Source of the DNA: Phoronis australis
Lineage: Eukaryota; Animalia; Phoronida
Length of the DNA: 64,000 bases
Assembly: GCA_002633005.1 (NCBI GenBank)
Contig: NMRA01000013.1
Coordinates: forward strand, 1,957,751-2,021,750
Reading direction: 5' to 3'
A program made the translations under genes and the position numbers. This document shows, piece by piece, positions 1 to 15,415 of this stretch (within the stretch, counting starts at the first letter, position 1; each line of letters opens with the position of its first letter). The notes under the pieces are model-generated. The model worked only from the letters and a program-made list of their open reading frames with translations. It was not told the origin of the DNA and searched no databases.

Positions 1-257
1 ACAAATACTGTTGGGAATGGACTGTTATGAAGCTGAGATATTTTAAGGTGTTTCCTGACAATCAACATGTTGCACTTGTTGGGATACAAGCATTTGTTGG
101 GTATTTTTTCATAGTTGGAAGTAATTCCTTCACTGTAGTGACCTGTGTTCAATACACAGACTGTACAAACAAAAAGTAATAGTGATTCACCCAGCCCCAT
201 AATTGGCTTATATTTCAGTCATGATATCAAGATGTATTTACAAGTTCTTAACTATGC

Positions 258-710
258 TTATGTATAGCAGGAACTCAATGACAATGCTATTTTAACGTAA
301 TCTACGATAAACAAAGTGCAGTAGTATTCATTCAGACAACTTTCAAAAGTGAAAACAAAAAGTTCTGTAAATATGTGACCTTTGCACTAATGACATACCT
401 TGCCGGGTCACATAGCCCCATCTTGCAGTCTTATGCTCCAGCATCACGTTACGATAATTACTGAGCATGGTTCAATGATTCGCAGCAGCTCATTTATCGT
501 TCTTAAAAACATTTGGCAATTTTCATCCTTCCTCGTATTCACATCGTCTCTTATTTTGCCAAGCAATCACAGAGATAAGGAATTAGCCTGCAAGTTCCAC
601 TTTAAACAAAAAAAAGAAGCAAACGTATTCCAACAGAAAGTAAGTAATCTTATGAAATCGACTCCAATTTATTGTGCACCCTTTTCATGCATTTCCATGT
701 GACGTGAAAT
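258..710. repeat. Dispersed repeat copy (second diverged copy at ~47050-47510)
   Basis: ATGTATAGCAGGAACT..GACAATGCTATTTTAA..GTGCAGT and GAGATAA.GAATTAG..TGCAAG.TCCA are shared, in the same order, with 47050-47510. Confidence 0.6.
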
Positions 711-2606
711 TGTCAGACACTAGCATTACTTGCATGGCAAACTTCATGTTTTTTGAATAATTGATGTTGTATGAAGCAGACCTCTGTCTGGCTGATCAGT
801 GCTCTAAGTGATTGACTACCCAACTGTTGGGTGAATGACCGCCATTGATTTCTCATTACTTACCTTGTCTGGCCAATTGTCATCTAAGCTTTCAAGATGG
901 TCAATTATGAAGCAATCTTTCTTGCAGTCTTATAATTCTATTTGACTGTGGCTACCAAAATGCTGGCCATTCAAAAGGCTGTGCAACAGAGCTGTTGTTG
1001 ATCTATGTACTTGATCTTTGTATATTCAGGTACCTTTTTTCACCATGTTTAATGGGCAGAAATCTTTTGTGTGACCATTATGGCTGTGTTGTGTTATAGA
1101 TTCATGGCTGTGTTGTGTTTTAAGTTCATGTTGTGCCTTAGCTAGAGTTTCAGAAAGATGAATTTCTCAACGTGTCTTTCATTTTCTACGCCAAAAATTC
1201 CACTGAGATGATAACTCCCCACATCGATAATTATTAGAAAAAATAGACTGTAAAAAGGAAGTCACAGATTTGTTTAGCCGACTTTATGAGTTAATAAGAA
1301 ATTCTACGACTGCTTAACCGATTCTAATTAGAATTTCTGATTGATGCAATGTACTTTTGTGGAAGACAAATGTGTGGTACCATGCTGCCTGTCCTATTGA
1401 GTAATTACATCTGCTGTGTCTTATCGAGTATATTATTACACGCCTTCAGTCGCAACAATTGGAATAATTATCAAACGCCACTGACATATTGGCTTTGCTC
1501 ACAGTGCCCAATTTCCTGTACTTAGAGTATGTCGCACGTCACTGTCGCCTTGGCGATACGGTTCTGAAGCGAATTTCTTGCACACTAATTGTGTCGTCTC
1601 AGCAAACGCTGCTGCACTTCTGGAGTTGCTGGTCTGCCATCAAAAGACATGTTTCAGCTTTGTAGTTATAGTGAATTGACAGCCCAGAATTGTTGTGTTG
1701 ACTAGCGAAGGATTTTTGTCCTACAGCCTCTTAATAATTTAGTACTTCATGTCTCAAGGTCTTCGGGTCATTGGCAATATGTAGCTGGCAATATGTAGCA
1801 TTTTTCGTACTGTCCCTGAACACTGCTGCTGTTCCAGAACTGCCTATAGTGGTTGTGTGAAGTATTCTGGGTTGTTTCCTTGTCACCTGGTATCACTTGA
1901 CAGTTACCAGCCTGTGTTAGTTGTCAGTTTGACCTAATGTCCTATAGATTGATGTTTAACTTTTTCAATACTGGTTGTTAGGCCAAAGAAAAAGAAGTGG
2001 TTCTGGTCTGTGTACTTATGAAAATTGATACACCATGCCTTTTTTTTAAAGAAAGTCACCCGATTCCATGTTAAATAGGTGGGAAATTCCCAGGGAGTTC
2101 AAGAGATTTCTTTTTTTTTGTAAAACAGTGAGTTCCAGGTGTCAGATGTTCAGCAAAAGTACTTGAGTGATTTCAGATGAGCGATGAACTTTTCCCTTCT
2201 GTTTCAGGTCATAGTGTGTGCATGCTATCTTCTTGAAAATGACGGGAGGACCTGTTGAGTTGGGGGGTGGTGAGGGTGGGGTGGGGAGTGCTCCTTGAGG
2301 TTTGGTATGTCTACAGTCATGTGCGTGACGTTTTCCTTGCCTGGGACATCACCAGCAACATATAACCCAACCACAGGGACCTTCTGGAAATTGGCATCCT
2401 ACCCTGTAGTTGCCAGGCAGAAAATTTAAGCCATACCTTTCCCTCAACTTTTGATTAATTGGCCAAAAAGTGCATAAAATAGCATAGGGTGTTTTGTGAA
2501 AGAAAACAGCAATCCCATTTGATGAGTCTTTCCTGTCTCATTGAGTGAATTTCCTCAGAGCTGTTTGGTACTGATTGATATCTAACCGTGGATCTTGTTT
2601 TTGCAG

Positions 2607-5600
2607 TACAAAATGTAGTGGCCCTTGCCGTACGAAAGGAAGATGGAGAATGGATGGCGTCTCGTGTTGACAACGGTACACAGGTCATGATGAATATCAG
2701 CAAGGAATCGTCTTTCCAGGACAACTTCAACAAGACGTCCGTTCTATTTGTCTCCATTTCCTTTATTGTGCTGATGGTCGTCTCGCTGGCCTGGCTCATA
2801 TTCTACTATGTCCAGCGGTTCCGCTACGTGCACGCCAAAGAGAGGCTCAGTGTAAGTACATACTGCTTGGACAGTACGACTGTAACGGCTCTGTATCAGT
2901 CACTTGACTGAGTGGCCAGTAGTTGTAACAGTGATCGAAAGGAACTGTTTCCGTGGCAATGGTAAATTATCTCCAGTTTAGGTCACAGTATGGCCGGCAA
3001 GTGAACTTTTTATAATTATTTTTTCTGTGAAATATATGTAGCCCCAAATTTAACGATTTTTTCGTGTTTGAGTTTTGCACTACAGATACCACCAAGTAAA
3101 GTGTTCGAAGGCCTTGGAAAATGAAACAAAGGCATTTTTTGGCAATTATTTTTTGTCCGAAATTGGTGATATTTTCCATAGTGACGAGCCTGTCACTGGA
3201 GTTGTTGTAGGTTCTCTTAGGACATCAAGATGCATTTTTGTCTCCAATTGAGGCTTGTTGTTTTCCTTGTTCAAACTCTAACACATAAGATTTTGTCGCT
3301 GTGAACGGCATGTTTTTTCATGAACAATAACAGTTTTAATCTCAAGATGGAATTCTCATTCAACCATTTGCTAGACAAAACATTAACTGCATGAGCAATT
3401 TCAGTATTGCTTTATATAAAAAGCGAGTTCCTTGTCAGGTGTGAATATGAATTGGTAAGCTACTGATGGATTTCAGTTCACAACCTTGCAGTCCTGTGTG
3501 ACAATATGAATTTCATTGCATCTTATAGTGACGTTTTGCTTCTCCTGAAAGCTTCATACCAACTATGGGGCTTTTGCTCTGAAATCAGTCGACATCTGTT
3601 TGCGCTAGTGAATGTTCCTGTTCCAGGCAGATGGAGCTGAATCATTAAGAGTTCCGTGCCTGGATCACGGAAAGAACTTTTAGCATGTTTGACAAGTAAC
3701 TTTGTCACCGTTCTGCACAACGCAAGGATGAGCTCAACTTCCTAAGGATGAAAAAATAGATTTGATGTCCGATTTTTGTTTTTTATTAATTAATGTTATG
3801 TAAGTCCTTATCTACTAGTCTATGTTTATAGCCAAATATCTGCAACACCATAGGTTTTAACTCTGGCTCAGTAAACAAATATGTTTCTGAAATTAGGAAA
3901 CCTAACTGTTTTCTTAATTAGCATTCTATTTACGTTTTATGCAACTTTTGATTTTTTTTCATAAAAATCGTAAAAATTCTAGTTTTTCATAGCCCCCGAT
4001 GCAAAAATGGAGCATTTTAAAAGCAATTTCTTGCAGAGTTTTTGGAGAACAGTGCACAAAGATTGATACCTGAAAGTTTTATATGAATCCGATAAGCCAT
4101 TTTTGAGATTTGATGTTCCAAAGTTAGTCAAATTTCGTTATTTTTCGCGGTTCCTACGTAACCGTAAGCACTGTGGGCTTGAGGCTCAAATGGTGGTTAA
4201 CTGTATGTTTCACTAAAAGCAACTTTAAAACTGGAATATTTAGAAATTTGAAAGAACAGACAGTTTGTGATTGCTTGAGACCAGGCTCCACAAGTTGACT
4301 TTTCAGGTGTGTTGTTTTGTGCACAGAACATGGTTTCAACTGGTTCACCTGCCAGCTGAGTAAGGAACAAGTGGAGGTCAATTTTGTTGTAGGAAGTGGT
4401 CTAAATCAAAAGTTATCCTCCTTGATGCAGCGCAGGGTTGTAGCCACTTTAACATGAACCTCTACTCTGCAATGGCATGTAGTATCGCGCAGCTATCAGG
4501 GTCATCATATTTAGATATCTGACCACTTGCCAGAATTTGTTTCGATGCCAGCATGGTAAATACCGCTACTTTAAGTGCAGTCAGCAGCACTGTCGAACAG
4601 GTGTGATGCGACGCATAATTCTATCATGCCATCGCTATTGTCATTGGGCTGTCGTGAATTAAAACAAGCTCTGTACTGTAAATGGTTAAGCTGGGTTGAT
4701 TATTATGCATGCAGAGTTATTGGGTAATCTCGTGTTCAACACACTGCTGAAACGCATGAGGGCGATCAATCCAAGTATATTTTAATGTGTGGTTAAAGGA
4801 ACATTAAACCTTGATCACAAAAGTAAATAGATATCCACTTAATGAGTGGCTTGCATTACGTCATGAAAATTTTTGATTTAGCGCAATTGTCAGCTGAGCA
4901 CCGTGCTTCTTGAAGATTTCGACCCCGCTCATGATGTCTCCACACGGTGGGTCCGCACCGTGTGGAGAGATCCTGAGCTTTAAGGGACGAAATCTTCAGG
5001 AAGCACGGCGCGCAGCTGATGATTGCAGTTGGCCATGGAGCACAACCATTTATTTTTGTGTGAGTAATTCTTCTTTTACTTACTGTATGAAATTGGCCTC
5101 AAGTCATTCCTTAGTCAAAGTAGATAAGTGAGCTTTGAAAGAGCGGATGGATTGTTATTGCCAGAGACAAGTCTCTGCTGCTTGACTTATCGCGCCGTGA
5201 TATTTGGTTCGCCAAGGAATGACTCGATTAAAGACTAACTATCAATTCGTTTCAAGGTCAAAAATAACTCCTTATCTGATTAAATATCAATTTGAGGCAA
5301 ATTTTGTCACTTTTAATGATCTAAATTAAAAAGTTATTTTTGAGGAATGCAAGTTAATTGTCCCTTTCAATATTTGAAATAACTTGAGGCAGTGTTGGCA
5401 TCAACAATCAAATATTTGAAGCCAGATTTATTTGCGCTTCAAGGTAGCTGATTGGTGACTTTGGGGAAAGAACACCAACTATGAACGACAGGAGTCACTG
5501 TGGGAGAGGCCAACAAGGCCCTTGATGCCCCTTGTTTCAGCCCCCATTCCGCTATCAAAACTATTAAAAAACCATGTAACATTCCCCTCATCAGGTCAAA

Positions 5601-8600
5601 AAATTCCCCTCATGGTCTTAACCTCAGACAATCTAAAAAATATATTCAAATCTTCCAACTTAAGTCATGAGTCCGCCAGATGGAAACGTCACAAACTGCC
5701 ACATACAGGTGTGCTGAAACCAGTTTTGCGTTATTTCGCTCTTGTGTATCGAATGAGCATGTTTAACACTATATTACACTGTTGTGAGAGATTAAAAACA
5801 TTGTTTGAGTATATACTTTTGTCAAAACTTAGGATTGGTCATGAAAGTCCCTGTTTGAATTAATTTCATGTAACATTGTAAAGTTACGACATTGTAGTGA
5901 AACGGAAGAGCTCTGAGCGAGTTAATTTCATATAGCACTAAAGCTGTGTTTGTCTTGTTTAGCTTGCTAAAAATTAAAATTATATTAGACCTTTTAGTTT
6001 AAAAAATTGGTCTTAATATTCCTTACTGTGATAGGATTCTATTTGTGTTGCCTACAAGAACATTGTAGATGACACATATATCGACACTTGAGTTGAGAAC
6101 GGGAATGTAATCCTATCAGGCTAAAGAGTATTATAAGACAAATTTTATGTGAGAGTAAAAAGCGGAATTAGATTTTCATTTTCAGCCAGCTAAACAAGGC
6201 TAAATGCTGAGCTTTTAGTACTATGCCAATTTAACTCACGCAGAGATATTGTTTCACTACAATCTTGTAATTTGAAGACATTAGTTAAAATCAATCGAAA
6301 CGAGGACTTTAATGACCAGTCATAAGTTTTACTGCAATTATATTAATTACTGGTAATTTTTTATCATTTGATGATGAGGATTAAACAAGAAGTTATTAAA
6401 CTAAGTTCCGTATTTACTAAACACGGACAAGACACTTCTTAACTCAAGCCCCATGCTGTGCAATCGGGTCAAGCCAAAAATGACTTTCAAACTTGAAGAA
6501 GGTAAAGTCTGACCAGATTAGGACACAAAATCGCGGGCTGGTGAAATTTTATTTTCTCATTGTTTTCATAAAAGATATTTAGTGTCAAAGTAGTGCTCTG
6601 CCATTTTCCAAGTTGCGTACCACAGCTATCACCGTATGATATTTTGAAAAATTGTGAGCATTCGCGGCAGTGTTAGAAGTCCTTGAAAATGAAAAAAGGA
6701 AATTTTGGAAATTGTTTTTGTCTGAAATGAGTTGGATTTTACCATAAATGAAGTGCTGTGGCAAATGATACCGTTAAAGTGAGCAAGGTATTACATAGAG
6801 TAGATAGTGTTGTCATGGGGAATTATGACCGCTAACTTTTCATATTAAAAAATAAAAAGAAACAAAATAAGGGTTCCACCCCTGAGTGAAAACCGTCAAT
6901 GAAGGTTTTTTAAAGATCGTGCTACACTCAAATGAATATGGATGTGCCTAAACATGCCAAGATTGCCTCTGGCCTTGGGTACAGTCAGTTAAATGAGTTT
7001 ACCCAAATAGGTTAAGATTTGTTACTCATTCCTGGCTTTGGGTATAGCGGAACATGCCGAGATTTACCGCTGGCCTAATGGGTACATTCGAATGAATGTG
7101 GTTAACCCAAATTTTTATTGACTTGAGATTTCTCAATAGTTTAGTTCAATCAAACCAATTTCCTTGTACTCAAGAGTGTATGTCAGTTGGTCTAACTGGA
7201 ATCCTCAGGGGCTCTAAAATAAAAGACCACCGACTTTTTTGTTATATTTTCCTTTTGGTGATTGAAGTATGTTCGAAATAGTAACACGTTTTTAATATGT
7301 TTAATGCACAATGAAAAGACTGTACTCAAGTGATTAGTCAAAAGACCATCTTGAATGTGAATATCCATGGACTTGACATTAACAACTATGACACACTTTG
7401 AAATCCTACCTTTTCCTGACATTTGAATATCGCAATCAACAAACTGTCGTGGGTAATTGAGTTGAAGAACACCTTGTGGTCTGGTGTAATGTAGGCGTAG
7501 TCGGTAATTATGAGCAGAATTTCTTTCCTCTTGCAGAGAGCTGAAGGGGGAAGGTATAACAATAATAATAGTAATAATAAATAACAAGAAAAACTTTATT
7601 TGCATCTCTTTTATGTTACGTACATACAGATAAAAACAGAGTCGGTGTGTCTTTCCCGACACGTTAGAGACCAAACAATTTATATTTAGAAGTACTGGTG
7701 ACGTCGGTACCTTGTAATTTAATGCCATTTATGGGCATTTGTGAGAACAGTCCCAATGTTTGTGTAGATGGCCTGTCCACTTTCATAACAAGTGCATTTA
7801 TTAGCTTACTGTATTAATGCAGACTCAGAATCTCCAAACTCTAGCTTAAGTTTAATTATTAAATCGAAATGAGAGTTTTAGATTTTACCGATTAAGTCGA
7901 TATGGCTTAGGCAGAAAAATGCATTATTAAAGTCACATTTTGATGACCACAACATAAGGTTCAAGTTCATAATTTAAATATCAAGTTTTTTCATAAAAGG
8001 TACGCATCACCAAATATATGCTTCATAATTATCAAGTTTGGCTTTGCCCTTGACAGGGACATTGAATTTGTAACTATAGTGAACGTAGTCTAAGTAGGTT
8101 TCTCGGAACTGCCAGGGACATTGAACCTGTAACTATGACCAACTTGATCTAGGTACATTTGTCGGAACTGTCAGGGACATTGAACCTGTAACTATGGCGA
8201 ACATGATCTAGGCACATTTGTCGGAACTGTCAGGGACATTGAACCGGTAACTATGGAGAACGTGGTTTAAGTACGTTTATTGGAACTGTACATTAATGAA
8301 GTTACAGCAAATGTAACTATGTAGTAAGTTTCTGAAAAGTAAAAATCTGGCTAATTTAATAAATATTTTTGTCTCCCAATTGAAGATTTTTCACGATAAG
8401 TAAGGCACTGAACAGCCGAATTACGTTTGTCTTGAGTCTATATTGAAGATTGGATATTTGGGCAAGTGGTTGATTGGATTAGACAGTTATTTTATTAGAT
8501 GGGACGGCACGTTGAGTAGTATGCTTTAATTCTTTGGGCCCGCATTCGGTGACAGTTACTTGTGACGTGGTTCAAGTGCAGGTATTAATCTGGTGTTGTC

Positions 8601-11600
8601 ATGGTTTCAAAGGATCGTTTATTGCATTGCATTGCAGTGCTTTGTTTCTCTAGAATGCTAATGATCTTTATGTTGTTAACATCAAAACCATAGCATATAG
8701 TGATACCGCATTTTGTTTGTTCGTGAAATTATATTAAGATGATAAAATCTTACGTATTTTGGACAAAAATAATTGCCTTTTATATTTTTCAAGGGCTTCT
8801 AACATAATGTTATAAATACCCAAACTTTTTTTAAAGAAAAATGTCTCTGTTAGTAGTAACTATGGTCCAGAATTTGAGAAGGCATTATTTTGATACTACA
8901 TAATGTTTAATCATGGAAAAATGAGAAAATAGATTTTCACATGTCTGTCATTGTGTTCTAAATTGGTGAGATTACCTTGGTTCATCAAATCGTCTTATAG
9001 TTTCAGGGTTTTGTCTGGTCGTAACATGTAAGGGTAAAATGAAAACAAGGTGATATTGGAAATTATGGTTTCTGCCTGCTGTACAGACATTCATTGACAA
9101 TTCCGATGCTATTCATGACTTGATATTCACCTGACAACTAGTGTATCTGATCAGAACTAACTGCTGATGAATGCTAGTTGGAGGACTGACTTGAAACAGT
9201 AGTAAATGCTACGCTTGTATCCAGTGGTTTGTGTTCTGCTTTCAGAGACGTCTTGCCGGGGCTGCTAAGAAAGCGATTTCAAAGATTCCTCTTCGAACCC
9301 TCAAGTCGGGTGACATGGTGAGTTCATGATTTTTGTGCTTGCAGGAAATGGGCCTGCCATAATGGGCCTTCCATAACGGGCCTGCCATGATCTGCTGATG
9401 GAGTGAAAACAATCTTGATATGCTCCTGGATCACAAATGTCATTTACAGTGTATTAAACTCTCACTTGTCAAAACAATATTTGATTGGAGCCACTTACTG
9501 TCAGTATTATCTTCTGTATACAGATCAGTTTTGTTGTCCAGGCATGAAAATATCTCACAGTTCATTAGCTCTTTTGTTGTGTTGTCTTAATACATTCTGG
9601 TCTCATTTACCAAGCTATAATCCTGGAGAAAGGGTTCCTGTAATGACAACATCTTGTGTTGCTTATTTGGTTCCATTTTTTCACTTTGCCCTGTAGGAGA
9701 CACTGCCAGACGCTCAGCAGTGCGCTGTATGCATCGAGAATTTCACTGCATCCGAGGTGGTACGAGAGTTGCCCTGCAGGTAAGTGCTGGCGGCTTCCGG
9801 CTTGGCCTTACTTTTAAACGTCGCAGACGCATGACCGTTTAGACCTATATGGCTGCATGTGAAGCTACTCCTCTGAGTTTCAAATTGGGTATTTTGTGTA
9901 ATAGTGGTACCGACCTAAGTAAAAGACAAAAGTAATTTGACAAAAACTGTTTTCCCACCGTGACGGCTAATCTTGTTAACAGCAAAAATTGCCGGTAATA
10001 ACTTTTAAGGCATCAAAATTCTAATTACAGACTGGCGTAGCCACCTCACTAACTATTCTCTTTCTTTCTCGATCTGGAGGGAAGTATTGTGATGATGAAT
10101 TTGCCTTCCGCCCAGCCTTCGTGATGTATAATTCTGGATCATTTTGTCTGAATACTTTTGTCTTGTACTCTGTGTGTCCTACGTACGTCTGATGCAATTT
10201 AGTCATTGGGCTGCCACGTCCAATCTGTTTTTATAGGAAGTGAGATGAAAAACACGCAGGCTTAGGTGAAGTTATCTGTTACAGTAGATGGTGACAATGG
10301 TGTACATTGAGACTCTTGACTGCATCTGTGCCAATGCAGCTACATGCAAAACAATTTCAAGACTTTTTAAAACTTGAGGATATTCATTCACTGTGTATTT
10401 AGTAATAGGGCTTAGGTAGGGTATGGTGAAATCTCACCAGTTAAAGACCCAATATGGTGAACAAGAACATTACGCAGTACCAAATGGACGTTTTTCCGTG
10501 TTCAAATTCTGTAGAACAGACAATATTTTGAGAAAAATTATGGGTGTACGGAGCAATGTAAGAAGCCTTCGAAAGTTGAAAAAATGCTAATTTTGGCAAT
10601 TATTTCTGTCCTAAAGTGGCGAGATTCCACCGTAATTCAATCACCTGTCATGGTAGCTGGGTAAAATTTCCAGTTAAAATGCACCTCCACATGCTAGTGA
10701 AATCTTCAGGCGAAAATGTATGAACTGTGCAGTTTGAAATAATCCTGTAAAATGGAAAATGTTCCTAGTCTTGGTCAGCACACCCATGTCTGGGAGTAGT
10801 GCATATGGTTATTGTTGTCTGTGCTCTGTTCAATATATTTTCCCATAGAATATTAAACCTCTCATTAAGCAAGGGGATATTTGTTTCTAATCTAAGCCAG
10901 AATCACTTTACGTCTCCTTGTTTCATTGCTTGTATTGATTAAGCATTTGTCATCCTCTCATAGCCTTTGTATTTAGTATCACGGAAAGCTGAAAGTAAGT
11001 GGAGATTGAAGAGATGCTGATTTTGCTATTTCAAAAATGGAGAAGTCCAGTTTTATTAGCAATCGTAAAATCCCATTTTTTTTAAACTAAAAAAATCGTT
11101 AATTAATATCTCATAAAAGTGACCTGCCTTACCTTTTCTGCTGAGTTATAGCGCAGGTCTGTTTTACAGATGCTGTGTACCATGTCTGATGTTTCTCAAA
11201 ACCCAAACTAAAATAATAGCACTACCTTTAGAAAGACTGGACAAACTACCTAAACATGTCGTATGCTAAATGATTGTTGTTTGGTTGGAGATCAGAATGG
11301 GTTACTGTTATTTGTTTTGGTAATTAAAAAACAAAAGTATTGTCTGCTACTGAAATATACGACTTCCGTTCAAAGTCTCTTAATTCTGTGTAAGAAGTCA
11401 GATTCTACTCGTTTTCTGTTTTCTCAGAAAACCAGGGTCTCTGTGAATGTCTGAAGTAGCTGTCACTTACAATTAATTTATAATGAAAAAATTAAAGTCT
11501 GTCCACTCATTCATTGTTTCGACGACTTTTACTAGTTTATGAACAAATTTGCTATCGATGTCAATTCTAGAAAAAAATATCAGATACGGAATGTAATCTT

Positions 11601-13830
11601 AAAATCTCGAGACCATGTCACATTGGTTGTGCTCTAACCAGTCGGTGAGTTTCTACTGGCTTGACACCATACGCTAACCGTCATTGCACCGTCTTTCAGA
11701 CATCTATTTCACAAATCTTGCGTCGACCCATGGTTGCTGGATCAGAGAAGTTGTCCTATGTGTAAGATGGACATACTGAAGGCGTATGGACTAACTGTGA
11801 GTTTGATTATTGGGCAGTTCTCAGATGATCCTTTGTTTCCCCTCGCTTCCCTCTGACCTGTATGTTGGCAGGTGGGCTTGATATTTTCTTTGTCTATTTT
11901 CATTTTTGGGATGTACGATGCTCCAAAAATATTGATTTCGCTTTTAACAATTGAAAGAAATCTTTTTTCCAGAATGCAAATACTGGCACGAGGGGAAACA
12001 ACGTAATTTTAATTATACCTTGTTGTGCCATTTCCTGTGATTTGTCACCTGAGAAAACAATTATGACTTTTTGATTTCACTAATTAAATATACTTAGGTA
12101 ATAATTGGACACCTGTGCTTGCGTCAGATTTCTGGGCAGAGCTTGGTTATTAACACCTGTGGCCTGTTTTATCAAATGTTGTTATGTCTAGTCTTAGATA
12201 AGACGGTGATTTAAATTTGCACACAATTCATTAACTTTATGCCTTAATAATGAACATTTGTCAGTTGCAATGTTTTACTATAATAGCATGAATATACACT
12301 GTCATATTTATATTAGTGTGTCTACGGCCATCTTGACTGCAATGGGACTGACGACATTTCGTAAAATGGTCCGCTGGTGTATTGAATAGACTGTGTGTAG
12401 TGTTCTTAGTGGAGAATGAGATTGCTGGGCAGTAAAAACGCATAGGTCATTCTCGTGTTGCGTTGACGATGTGAAACTTAATATTATGCTTGTAAATATT
12501 GACTTTTGGCATCATTTTGAAATGAGAAAACGGCAAATCTGGGTTGCATAAGACACCAAAACGTCTGCATCTGATGTTTTTGGTTATGCTGTCATATCAA
12601 TAACATTGCTTAACTTGAATGACATCATTGTGATCTTTCTAGTTAGTATTTAAGTTTATTTGTAACTCTGGAGAATAGTCCAAATTTGGCCTACTTTAGA
12701 AACATCATTTCTCAAAAATCATTGTTTTCCAAAACACTTTTTATGTGCCTACATAAACATAATATCATGTGATCACATATTGTCATCACTTTGTCCAAGG
12801 GTCTGGATGTGTGTGTCTGCTCAATATCTCATAAACCCCAGATCAGATTTTGTCGAAATTCAGCTTAAGAGTGTAGGGCATCATTAGAATGATTCGTTCC
12901 ACTTCTCAATCTGCCCCGTCCGACCAGGGTCAGGGGGAGTGGCTTTTTACGTAATTTTGGGCAAAGGGCATTTCTGGATGATATCGAAAGTACGTTGTTC
13001 TTGTTGAAATTCTTCTTAAAATGTTCCACTTTTGCTTAAGGGCCATAAAAGTTGGACTTAAGTATTTTCATGCCAAGACCATCATAAGTTGCATTTAGTA
13101 GACCCTAATTATTATTATTAGGTGACTGTAATATGGGTTTTGAGATTTAATCTTGCCAAAAGAAATGCCATATGTTTTCGACAAAGTTGTTTGTAATGAA
13201 TCTGCTTTTCTTTAATTTTTCTTAAAATAAATGACTGTGACTTAATTAATATCTGATAGCTAGGTATTGTAGCATTTCTGCTTGAAGAAGTATGAATTAG
13301 TGCTGAGTCAAATTATACAAGTTTTTAGATAATTGGCTAAATGGACAAATTGTGGATTATGTAATAACCTTAATAACGGAACAAGAACAGTTTATGGCTC
13401 CAAAATATGATTTTGTTTGTATGATTTTGCGAAATGTGTTGCTCAAAACAACACTTTTTGGTCACAGGTTCCTGGTGTGCCGGCTAAGACTGCTACGGAT
13501 GACCCTATCGAGATCACATCAACACAAAGTCCTGAGGATTCAGTTGATCCGATCCGTTCCATACACATGGTTCACGTTGAGTCTGGCGTCATATTCCACC
13601 ATCGGCAAGAGAGCCTTGGCTCTCCCAGCAGTAGCTGTAGGGGTGAACAGTTGGACGTGACGCGAAAACGCAACCCGTCCAGTGATAGCAATGCTAGTCA
13701 CTTGAGCATAAAGTCGCATGCATCGGGTTCCGAGTTGGAGTCATTGATTCACGTCAAGAATGCCTCTTTGAACTGCACCGTTGCTGACCAGGACAGCTCG
13801 GTTATAGCGACAACTCACACGGAGATTTGA
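2607..13830 (+). CDS. RNF150: PA-TM-RING-H2 E3 ubiquitin ligase (goliath/RNF130/RNF150 family), 3' five coding exons; 5' exons lie upstream of the window
   Basis: Exons with AG/GT borders and consistent phases: 2607-2851 (end of PA region plus TM helix [38 protein letters not shown]), 9246-9317 ([24 protein letters not shown]), 9697-9779 (CAVCIENF...VVRELPC), 11700-11796 ([30 protein letters not shown]), 13468-13830 (Ser-rich tail, TGA). The RING-H2 C3H2C3 pattern is complete. Exact paralog name is approximate. Confidence 0.93.
5821..6332. mobile_element. Degenerate foldback/MITE-like long inverted repeat in an intron
   Basis: AAAACTTAGGATTGGTCATGAAAGTCC pairs with GGACTTTAATGACCAGTCATAAGTTTT; inner pairs TTGTAGTGAAAC/GTTTCACTACAA, TTGTTTAGCT/AGCTAAACAA, TGATAGGATT/AATCCTATCA. 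Confidence 0.6.
8050..8290. repeat. Minisatellite, ~59 bp unit x4
   Basis: CAGGGACATTGAA..TGTAACTAT..GGAACTG recurs at ~8054, 8113, 8172 and 8231. Confidence 0.85.
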
Positions 13831-15330
13831 TGACTCTGGAGTTCAACCACTGCATTATGCCGATTTGTGCTATGTTATAAGAGGAGTGTGTGTTGTGGGA
13901 CCTGGGAAACGCCAGAACTCAACTGCAGCATATCGGTGAGCCTGCTTGAGAAGATGGAGCATGTACAAGAGTAGACTGCATCAAGTCTAACTTCACTGAT
14001 TGTTGACTTGTGTGACTGTGTAATCAATGCAGCATTGTATAATAAACATCCCCTAATTATCGATTCAAAGGTGGCAATAATATGAATATTATTTCGCTAT
14101 GCATCTGCCTTCTGGTTTTGTTTGTTACTTGTTGAAATCAAAATGGGATTCTCGTTTTTGTGAGCATAATATGGTTCGTTATGACGCGTAGTTTATTGTC
14201 ACGGAGGATATTGAGTGTTTGGAAATGCTCCGTTTTTAAAAGACCATACCATGTATTGAATTATGATTTCTGTCAATTTTTTTTGCTGAAAATAGTCTTG
14301 AATGTAGACAATTTATGCTAGTGTTCAGCTGTGTAGCCATTCTGTGAGCTTCTTCAGTTAGTTTTACCATTGCTTGATGTCAAGTTTCTTAATTTAAACA
14401 CTCTGTGTTTTAAGCCGAACAGATGAGGTAATTACCCCATGGTAGCTTTTGCCAGGAATAGGCGAACTGCACTTTGGTAATGAACTATTGGATGATTGGT
14501 AGTTTTTTATATTGTGTAAGCCATTATCCATGCAAGAACGGGCTCTAAGTGCTATGGTGATGAGTTTGTGTAATGGTTACGTTGGCATGGCAACATCAAA
14601 GTACCACATATGGATAAAAGCTTTCCAAGCATGAGTGAGAGAAGTTAGGTCTGTGTGCACCTGTGATGTGCTCCACAGAACATGTTTTTTGCAAGTTTTG
14701 TGACGTCAAGGAAGAACACACAAAGTCACTAAATGAAAGGTGAACGTTTCACGTATGCTCGCATTCTCACTAGCGACAATTTGGGGAGGTTGAAAGTGAT
14801 GAATTATAGAGGAATATTCACTGTTACAAGGTACCTCGTTGCGAGTGCCTCGACGAGTGACTTGTGTTAGGGATTGTGATTATCGACCAGTACAGACAAT
14901 TTGAATCTTAGTTTGTTGCATTACAACATTACAGTCAAATTGATGATGGTGGCAAATTTTGAACGATTGTGAAAAACGGGGTACAAAACTGTGATTTTGG
15001 AAATTCATGGAGAAGGCAGGTGCAACCTATAACATACTAATGACGATGTAAAGATTATTTTTTCTATGGATATGACTTTTTGTTAGTTGAAGAACCAACA
15101 CATTTCTTGTTTTTGTTACCTGATATACGTAACTCAGTGGCAACCCAACTTCTCAACTCAGACTAAATCAACTGGTTTAATGTTGATTCTTTCATGATCT
15201 TAAAACAGTTTTCTAATTTGTGGATCACACTGGTGCAGCAGAGTGAGTAGTAATTCTCATGTTGTTTTAGTGAAACTTGTCTGCCACAGGTTTTACTCAG
15301 ATATAATTTACAGATTTTGGTTTTAGTAAC

Positions 15331-15415
15331 TACAGAGGTCCCGCATTTTGAGAACCAGTTTTCTCCACTGAAAAAATGGGCATTAAACTGGTTTTCAAAA
15401 CATGGGGCCCCTGTA
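15331..15415. mobile_element. Tiny Tc1/mariner-like MITE (hairpin) in the presumed 3' UTR
   Basis: TACAGAGGTCCC..TTTTGAGAACCAGTTT pairs imperfectly with AAACTGGTTTTCAAAA..GGGGCCCCTGTA; TA-CAG...CTG-TA ends. Confidence 0.5.

Noticed and set aside
7192-7728. 178-aa minus-strand ORF
   Set aside because: Intronic, no recognisable motif, includes low-complexity sequence.
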